Shown here: piece by piece, positions 57,518 through 64,000 of the stretch | How positions within the stretch are numbered: position 1 is the stretch's first letter | Layout: every line of letters starts with the position of its first letter | Virus record (IMG/VR): IMGVR_UViG_3300026549_001031 | Origin: a virus | Lineage: Duplodnaviria > Heunggongvirae > Uroviricota > Caudoviricetes | Direction: 5' to 3' (one strand) | Length of the DNA stretch: 64,000 nt | Program-made: the position numbers and the translations under genes | Notes under the pieces: generated by a model | Database searches by the model: none | The model's input: the letters and a program-made list of their open reading frames with translations, nothing else | Told to the model about the DNA's origin: nothing

Positions 57518-58786
57518 ATGAGAAATGATGATGTAAGAAAGTATGTTAATAACATTGTAGAAAGGGAGGGCATGAACATAGGGAAGTTTATCACAGTCGA
57601 GAAAAGGGATAAAAACACTAAGAGAGATTTTCTATTCGTTAACAAAGAGCAGTGTAAGCATATACCTTGTAAGGCAAGTGACATGATTGATATGTGTAAA
57701 GCACTTGGAGAAGGAGTTGCAAGCATACTCAAAGAAAGAAAATCAAAGAGTTGTTTAGTTATAGGCTTTGCAGAGACAGCAACAGCAATTGGACAGATTG
57801 TGGCAGACACATTAGATTTTGGCGTTAAGCAGTGTGCAGTAAAATACACCGTGACTACAAGAGAAGATGTACAAGGAACAGAAAACTTACTAACATTCGA
57901 GGAAGAGCATAGTCATGCAACAACTCAAAAACTGCTTTGTGTAGAGGGTGTTACAGACAATGATATTTCTGATTATGACACAGTAGTGTTTGTAGATGAT
58001 GAATTAACTACGGGAAATACAATCATAAACTTTATAAAAGCATTAAAGTCAAAGAGTAAGACAGAATTTAATGGACACTTCGTTGTAGCTAGTGTCTGTA
58101 ATTGGCAGGATAAGGCATCAAAAAAGAGATTTGAAGGACATGGAATTGAAACAGTTGCATTGTTTAGTGGTGAGATTGCAGACGTAAATGCAAAAGTCAT
58201 TGGAGAATACAGTGAAAACAGTGGTTTGATGGAGTATGTACCTAGTAGTTCAAATGTCACATACCTTGACTTGAGAGATACAGAGTACAAAGAAATGATG
58301 TTTGAGTCATCTAGAGTAGTAGATGATATCATGTACAAAAGAGAGTATGCAGTGGAAACATGTGATAAAATACTTGATCTGCTTGGAGTAGACATTAGAA
58401 ATAATGGATATAAACATATAAGAGTGATTGGTACAGAGGAGTTTATGTATGTACCTATTAAACTTGCACTTGGACTTGAGAAAACAGTAAAGGGCGGTGT
58501 TGATGTAGTATGTCAGGCAACTACAAGAAGTAGTATTGCAGTGTCAAAAGAGCATAGTAGCTTTAAGGATAGTATTGTATGCAAGTCAAAAGTGAGCAGC
58601 GTGTACAGTAAAGATAGAAATACATACATATACAATTTAGTACATAGAGCAAAAGGTGGCAGCACAGAGAGAGAGCAGGAGTTAGTACTTCTGATAACAG
58701 ATAGTAGCAATGAGAAGCAGGTAAAGAAGCTTAGCGAAGAATTGAGTGGACTTACAAATAGCAAGGTTTATGCAATATTAGTTTAA
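57518..58786 (+). CDS. Ter-associated phosphoribosyltransferase (PRTase plus TRSP-like C-terminus)
   Basis: KR.FLFVNK.Q.KHIP, IGFAETATAIG, TTRE, FEEEHSHA, VDDELTTGNT, IGTEEFMY.P, TTRS. Confidence 0.85.
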   Translation: MRNDDVRKYVNNIVEREGMNIGKFITVEKRDKNTKRDFLFVNKEQCKHIPCKASDMIDMCKALGEGVASILKERKSKSCLVIGFAETATAIGQIVADTLDFGVKQCAVKYTVTTREDVQGTENLLTFEEEHSHATTQKLLCVEGVTDNDISDYDTVVFVDDELTTGNTIINFIKALKSKSKTEFNGHFVVASVCNWQDKASKKRFEGHGIETVALFSGEIADVNAKVIGEYSENSGLMEYVPSSSNVTYLDLRDTEYKEMMFESSRVVDDIMYKREYAVETCDKILDLLGVDIRNNGYKHIRVIGTEEFMYVPIKLALGLEKTVKGGVDVVCQATTRSSIAVSKEHSSFKDSIVCKSKVSSVYSKDRNTYIYNLVHRAKGGSTEREQELVLLITDSSNEKQVKKLSEELSGLTNSKVYAILV

Positions 58787-58803
58787 TTAGGAGGACAGTT
58801 AAA

Positions 58804-60009
58804 ATGAGACAGTTTGGCATGATTACAGAGGATGGAACATGTAACAAGAAGTTGATGGACATGGATAAGTTGGTTAAGACATCCTACAAGAAAGAGGACG
58901 TGGTGGTTTTACTGAAAAACCTATCTGATTGTATGAAAGAACTTCCAACAGAAGAGAGGGAAAAACTTATTCAGAGCGGTGTACATTACAGTGAAATGTT
59001 ACCTCAGGAGAAGGCACCTTCAGCAGAATATGAAGCATTATATGAAAAAGCACTTGCAAACAAGAAATTGGAAATTGCAAATGATATTGCAGTTGTGTCA
59101 GAGATGATCCTGGATGAGTCGTTGTATAAAGAGATGGGGCATGTGCCTGTAATTATTAGTTTGGCACGAGCAGGTTTACCTGTAGGTATCCTCATTAAGA
59201 GATATCTTAAATACAAGTACAATATTGATTGTCCTCACTATGGAATTTCAATTATTCGTGATAAAGGAATCGACAAGAATGCTATGGAGTACATCTATAA
59301 AACAGAATGCATCGAGCATGGCAATTCAGTTATGAACATGTTCTTTGTTGATGGTTGGACAGGAAAAGGTGTAATTGATCAGCAGGTTAAAGAGGCAGTT
59401 GCAGACTTGGCAAAAGAGGACTCTAAGAAATGGGGCATGTTGAGTGATGAGTTGTACGTGCTGGCAGATCCTGCTAACATTCTGGAGGGTTGTGGTACAC
59501 ATGAGGATTACTTATTACCTAGTGCTTGCTTGAACAGTACAGTAAGTGGTCTGACCAGTAGAACAATTCTGAATCAGCATATCAATGTTGAGGATGGAGA
59601 CTTTCATGGTGCTGTTTACTTCAACAAGTTTGAGGATATCGACAAGAGTAATGAGTTTATCGACACTGTTTCAAATGAGTTCCCTCATACAGAAGAAGTA
59701 ACAGTGGACAAAATTAACAGTATGAAACCTGAAGAGGGCTGGACAGGCATGAGTATTGTGCAGGACATTTGTAAGTTAATGAATGTACCTGACTATAAAA
59801 AAGTTAAGCCTGGTATTGGAGAAACAACAAGAGTGTTGTTGCGTAGAGTACCTTGGAAAGTACTTATCAATAAGGACATTAGTGAGGATGACCCTGACAT
59901 TCAGCATATTTTGGTACTTTGTAGAGAAAAGAAGATTCCTACAATGAGATGGGATTTAGGACATTATAAAGTGTGTGGAATCATTAAGGAATTGAGTGCA
60001 GATGCTTAA
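58804..60009 (+). CDS. Ter-associated StiP-family protein with PELOTA-like C-terminal domain
   Basis: SY...DV..LLK, IQSGVHYSEMLP.E, SLARAG.PVG, SIIRDKGID, FVDGWTGKG, VKPGIGETTRVLLRRVPW. Confidence 0.85.
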   Translation: MRQFGMITEDGTCNKKLMDMDKLVKTSYKKEDVVVLLKNLSDCMKELPTEEREKLIQSGVHYSEMLPQEKAPSAEYEALYEKALANKKLEIANDIAVVSEMILDESLYKEMGHVPVIISLARAGLPVGILIKRYLKYKYNIDCPHYGISIIRDKGIDKNAMEYIYKTECIEHGNSVMNMFFVDGWTGKGVIDQQVKEAVADLAKEDSKKWGMLSDELYVLADPANILEGCGTHEDYLLPSACLNSTVSGLTSRTILNQHINVEDGDFHGAVYFNKFEDIDKSNEFIDTVSNEFPHTEEVTVDKINSMKPEEGWTGMSIVQDICKLMNVPDYKKVKPGIGETTRVLLRRVPWKVLINKDISEDDPDIQHILVLCREKKIPTMRWDLGHYKVCGIIKELSADA

Positions 60010-60061
60010 GGTTTAAAGGTTTGGACATAAAAGACATAAAGGACTAGGAGCAGTTGGTAGA

Positions 60062-60628
60062 ATGATGGTTAAGAACAACATTAAATATGTGCTTGAGCAG
60101 TATCAAGGGAATTTAAGCTCACCTGTAATTGTTTATATTGTCACTAAAGATAATGGTATATACATTGGTCATAAGGCAAAGGACATTGCAGGTGGATATG
60201 ATGTAACATGGTGTTGCAAAATGGAGCATCAGGATAAGTATGACAGACATGAAAGTATTGTTTCTATACTTAAGGAAGTAGGGAAGGATAACAGTACAAA
60301 AGTAGTTTATTCAGGTCAGAACAAGGGTAAGCAGGGAGATGATGTACCTGCTTTACTCTATAACATAGAGGGTTCAGTTCACAAGCATAACAGAAAAATG
60401 TATGAGCAGGTTGTACTTGAGAATTTTAATAGAGAAGCATGTGCTAGACTTGACGAGGCAATGATGAGTATGAGAGGGCCTCAGTTAGTGGAAGAGCAGA
60501 GAAAGAATGTGAGATCAAAATTAAAAGAGAGTGAGATCACTGAATTACATGGAATCAACAGTAAATTAGAAGCAGCTGGCATGGTAGTTGAGGGTAAAGA
60601 GAATTTAGATATCAAGGTAGACTTTTAG
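60062..60628 (+). CDS. hypothetical protein
   Basis: ORF between Ter-type genes. Confidence 0.65.
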   Translation: MMVKNNIKYVLEQYQGNLSSPVIVYIVTKDNGIYIGHKAKDIAGGYDVTWCCKMEHQDKYDRHESIVSILKEVGKDNSTKVVYSGQNKGKQGDDVPALLYNIEGSVHKHNRKMYEQVVLENFNREACARLDEAMMSMRGPQLVEEQRKNVRSKLKESEITELHGINSKLEAAGMVVEGKENLDIKVDF

Positions 60629-60643
60629 AGCAGGAGAAATAAC

Positions 60644-61444
60644 ATGAAGAAACATATATTATATGCATCTGACTTGGATAGAACACTCATTTTTTCAAAA
60701 AGATTCATAGATGAAAGTAATTTTAAGGGTGCTTATGAACTTGTAGAGACAAAGACAAACGAGGATGGTAGCATTGAGAAAATTTCATATATGTCACCAT
60801 CTGTTAAAGAGGGCATTCAGGAATTGAATAGCAATGATCAGATTACATTTGTACCTGTGACAAGCAGAAGCCTGGAGGAGTATAACAGAGTCAAATTAGG
60901 GTTTGTACCTGAATATGCAATAGTAGCAAATGGAGGACTTATTATTCATAATGGAGAGATCGTTAAAGAGTGGAGTGAGTACATTAGAAAGAATGTGAGT
61001 CTACCTAGGTTAATGCAATTAAGCATGGAATTATCAGAGTTTAAGAGCTTAGATCCTGATAGGATGCCTAGGTTAATTGATGGATGTTACTTATTTACAA
61101 AAACAGTTCATCATCAGAAATTTGATGAGGAGGCAGATGCTATTTCAGTAGCATATGAGGATATTGACTTTACACGTCAGGGTAATAAATGTTACCTTAT
61201 TCCTAAATGCTTTTCTAAACAGGTGGCATTAAGGTGGTTGTGGAACAAGTTAAACAAACCTTATATCATTGCATCTGGGGATAGTCAGTTAGATTTACCT
61301 ATGTTGGCACTGGCTAACAAGGCTATCATTCCTGATCATGGTGCTTTAATTAAAGAGGGCATTGTGACAGACGCTAGGACAGTGTCAGGTGGAGTGGAGA
61401 GTCCTTTGAGAACAATTGAGTTTATCAAGGGATTTTTAGAATAG
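60644..61444 (+). CDS. HAD-superfamily hydrolase (Ter-associated type)
   Basis: ASDLDRTLIFS, VPVTSRS, ANGG, K.Y.IP..SK, SGDSQLDLPML. Confidence 0.85.
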   Translation: MKKHILYASDLDRTLIFSKRFIDESNFKGAYELVETKTNEDGSIEKISYMSPSVKEGIQELNSNDQITFVPVTSRSLEEYNRVKLGFVPEYAIVANGGLIIHNGEIVKEWSEYIRKNVSLPRLMQLSMELSEFKSLDPDRMPRLIDGCYLFTKTVHHQKFDEEADAISVAYEDIDFTRQGNKCYLIPKCFSKQVALRWLWNKLNKPYIIASGDSQLDLPMLALANKAIIPDHGALIKEGIVTDARTVSGGVESPLRTIEFIKGFLE

Positions 61445-61452
61445 ACATATAC

Positions 61453-61481
61453 TTGTAAAAATCAAGTTTTTGTGATATAAT
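61453..61481 (+). promoter_or_regulatory. sigmaA-type promoter
   Basis: TTGTAA-17 nt-TATAAT with TG. Confidence 0.7.
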
Positions 61482-61513
61482 ATATAAGAAAAGTTAAGAA
61501 AGGAGTAAATAAT

Positions 61514-61792
61514 ATGATCGACTATGAGGAAAGATTAGAGCGTCAGCTCAACGAAAGATTAGCAGAGGCCAAGAAAGGATATGCAGAAGACTGTGAGGCA
61601 AGATATGCAGAAAGATTCGCAGAGGCCAAGGAAAGATTTGAGAGAGAGGCTAAGGCAGTTGGTATGGTAGAAGTAACCAAGGACATGAATAGGTCACTGA
61701 CATATAACAAGATCATTGAAACTTTAGCAAGGAAGTACAACTGGGATGCTGAGTTAGCATCAAAAATGCATGAGCATTTTGATAATAAATAG
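61514..61792 (+). CDS. hypothetical coiled-coil protein
   Basis: AAGGAG RBS; ERLAEAK/ERFAEAK internal repeat. Confidence 0.65.
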   Translation: MIDYEERLERQLNERLAEAKKGYAEDCEARYAERFAEAKERFEREAKAVGMVEVTKDMNRSLTYNKIIETLARKYNWDAELASKMHEHFDNK

Positions 61793-61833
61793 GAGGCAAG
61801 ATTTAAGACAGGCATAAGAAGGGATAGGTCAAT

Positions 61834-62211
61834 ATGGAATATAGAATGAAACAGTCATACTTAAGTAACTACTTTTTAAGTGACACTGTAGAAAATGAGA
61901 GATACCTTGTAGAGGACATCACGAATCATATGTTCAATGCATGGAATGACAAATTGGAGGTCATGCTTAGAATTTGTGACTACTATACTTTTATGTATAG
62001 GTTTTATGAGGATGGCTGCATTGTTCTTCAGATGGCATGTGAAAATACAAAGGACTCAGAGACAGAACGGGTTGGACATTCCGATGATACTCATTTTGAA
62101 TATGAGTCATTAGATGAAATGTTGAAGGACTGGTGCAAGAGGTTAAAGGACAGTGAAGCATCTGCATTTGCAGAAGAGATAGACTTCATTGAAAATATGA
62201 AAGCAGCCTAG
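61834..62211 (+). CDS. hypothetical protein
   Basis: ORF track. Confidence 0.65.
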   Translation: MEYRMKQSYLSNYFLSDTVENERYLVEDITNHMFNAWNDKLEVMLRICDYYTFMYRFYEDGCIVLQMACENTKDSETERVGHSDDTHFEYESLDEMLKDWCKRLKDSEASAFAEEIDFIENMKAA

Positions 62212-62252
62212 CAACAAAAGTGTTGCAGTAGTAAATAGGAGCATGCAGGGCA

Positions 62253-64000
62253 ATGGTTAGTTTAGGACAGGATTCAGAAAATAAACAGTGTAGTTTAGAG
62301 AATATCATTGTCGATGATGTTAACACTTCTAATTTGGAGTTAATGAAGCAGTGGTATTCAAAAGCTACAGTGTATATTGACAAGAGGTTTGAAATTCCTG
62401 CATCGAAAAGTGTAGTTGTTACTAGTAGAAGTGCTAGCATGCACAAGATACTAGATAAGATTTCTAAGGTAGACCTTGGAAATGAGTCACAGACAGAGAA
62501 TTTCAGACTAAAGACACGAAATTGGTGTATAGGACAGTTCAGGGAGTTATTCAAGAAATTGGATAATGGGGAGGATGCAGTATTGTTTATTGACAGTACT
62601 CCTTCAAAACATGAGTGTACATACATCAAATGGTTAGTGGACATAGGTGTTAAAGTTTGTATCATATCAGATAAAGATGTTGGACTTATAGATGGGTTTA
62701 AAGTAAGTAAGTCAGGAACACATGAGCATCTTGATTACAAGAAAGGCACTCAAGTTGAGAAAGAGAATACATCTGTTAGTGTGGTTAAACAGGAGCATCA
62801 TATTCATACACTTGATGAGGCAGAAGAAGCAATATGTGAAAATTTAGGTACAATCAAGCTAATTATCAGTGGTGTTACTAAATATAGAGATACAATTGAT
62901 AATTTTTATGGTAAAATGTACAAAATTGGTACACAAGATGGAAATTACTTGTTTGAGCATGGTTTTGGAAATGTTACATTGGAAGAAACGAACTCAATGC
63001 CTAGATTTAACATTGAGAAGCATGATTACATAGTCAGTACCCTCTGTATGTACTTAAAAAATAAGGAATTTGCAGACAAGCTAAAAAGTGTGTTTGATCA
63101 GGGTGAATTAAAGGCAGACACAGGAAGTAGATTGTATAACAAAGTAGTTTATGTAGTTTGCACGTTAAACAGAATGGAATCATTGTCAAGTGGAAACTGT
63201 ACAGTGGTTTATTATGGGGCACCTACTAAAAAAGATGAGATAGTCCTTAGTATTCTTGGTATGACACGGAATGTAGGTGTGGTTGTACTTAAGTCTGATA
63301 AGAGTAAGCAGTTCATTATGAAAGATGAGCTGGATAGAGTATTTCAGACATTTGAACTTGAGGGCACAGCAGAGCAGTTTGAGATGCCACATGTGGATAA
63401 AAGAGAGGCACCTGGAACAATGGCAGCTGGGGCAGCTCAGAGAGTGGCAGAGACATTATATAATGGTGATACACTCGGAATGTACAGACCTGGAATGTTT
63501 GTCACAGCAGAGTCAGTTTTATTCAGAACAGCATTTGAAGAAATTGAACTCTGGATTGGTAAGGATGTATATTTAAGACCTGGCTTTGAAGGAAGTTTCG
63601 ACAGATGTAAAATGCCTTGTATGTTTAAGGTGATTGATGGTGTAAATGGAAATGTCTCTGACTATTTGAGAAAGATCAAGAGTTATGTAGGAAGAAAGAC
63701 ATTATTTGTAAAGCATGCATGTGACTTAAAAAACAGTTTATGTAGCTCAACACCTAGAATGAATATTATGCATGGTACAGATGTGAATGGTACAAAGGCA
63801 TCTGATCAATTTGCATTCTTTAAGTCAGGTAAGCTTGATAAAGAAAGAATCAAGAAAGGCATAAATTACAGTTATGGTTTTATGTCTAACACTAAGCAGG
63901 ATTTCTTACTTGATAAGATTGAAGAGATGCTTAATGATAAAACAATAGACATATCTAGTTTTGGAGATAGGCAGGAGTATGAGAATTTTGTACTTGGTGC
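62253..64000 (+). CDS. YceG-like (Ter biosynthetic module) protein, truncated by window end; absent from ORF track
   Basis: manual translation open from ATG 62253 to the end; GTMAAGAAQRVAETLYNGDTLGMYRPG...FEEIELW...LRPGF and KLDKERIKK..NYSYGFMS..KQDFLLDKIEEML match the YceG-family pattern as recalled. Confidence 0.7.
   Translation, partial: MVSLGQDSENKQCSLENIIVDDVNTSNLELMKQWYSKATVYIDKRFEIPASKSVVVTSRSASMHKILDKISKVDLGNESQTENFRLKTRNWCIGQFRELFKKLDNGEDAVLFIDSTPSKHECTYIKWLVDIGVKVCIISDKDVGLIDGFKVSKSGTHEHLDYKKGTQVEKENTSVSVVKQEHHIHTLDEAEEAICENLGTIKLIISGVTKYRDTIDNFYGKMYKIGTQDGNYLFEHGFGNVTLEETNSMPRFNIEKHDYIVSTLCMYLKNKEFADKLKSVFDQGELKADTGSRLYNKVVYVVCTLNRMESLSSGNCTVVYYGAPTKKDEIVLSILGMTRNVGVVVLKSDKSKQFIMKDELDRVFQTFELEGTAEQFEMPHVDKREAPGTMAAGAAQRVAETLYNGDTLGMYRPGMFVTAESVLFRTAFEEIELWIGKDVYLRPGFEGSFDRCKMPCMFKVIDGVNGNVSDYLRKIKSYVGRKTLFVKHACDLKNSLCSSTPRMNIMHGTDVNGTKASDQFAFFKSGKLDKERIKKGINYSYGFMSNTKQDFLLDKIEEMLNDKTIDISSFGDRQEYENFVLG

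Noticed and set aside
1315-63392. All minus-strand ORFs in the track (e.g. 13598-13999, 50865-51317, 57973-58395, 62186-62665)
   Set aside because: They are antisense shadows of well-supported + strand genes or lie in intergenic DNA, with atypical composition and no convincing RBS.
63325-63576. 83-aa + strand ORF (and similar nested ORFs at 4571, 22813, 33512, 42289, 52205)
   Set aside because: Out-of-frame overlaps within longer genuine CDSs.

Overview
This is a 64-kb, AT-rich, gene-dense segment in which essentially every real gene lies on the + strand, in standard genetic code 11, with Firmicutes-type RBSs and consensus sigmaA promoters. No virion genes are visible. The mix of many ORFans, a lone tRNA, DNA-metabolism genes (ThyX, NAD-dependent ligase, Dam-type MTase, SF2 and two Pif1 helicases, 8-oxoG glycosylase) and isolated host-derived genes (clpX/clpP, cheY, HPr-like, PBP1A, signal peptidase I, nadD, kptA, Ter-associated biosynthetic genes) points to a jumbo phage or other large mobile element of a Clostridia/Lachnospiraceae-like host (inference). 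The outstanding feature is a ~4.3-kb non-coding array (37804-42110) of about 105-110 units of 37 nt. Each unit reads [AGYGWRTCA 9 nt]-[variable 9 nt]-[ATHARCATTR 10 nt]-[variable 9 nt]. This is the dual-repeat/dual-spacer architecture of TIGR (tandem interspaced guide RNA) arrays, but no recognisable Nop-domain Tas gene is present in the window. The array lies downstream of a perfect sigmaA promoter, contains one small membrane-protein gene, and runs into a methyltransferase-helicase-Zn-ribbon block. Other notable items are a ~60-aa N-terminal module shared by several unrelated proteins including the DNA ligase, a cluster of structured non-coding RNAs around the tRNA, a dispersed Ter-type biosynthetic gene set, a cheY-yjfB motility pair and an internally deleted vanX-like gene. 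All calls are by eye from motifs; no database searches were run.
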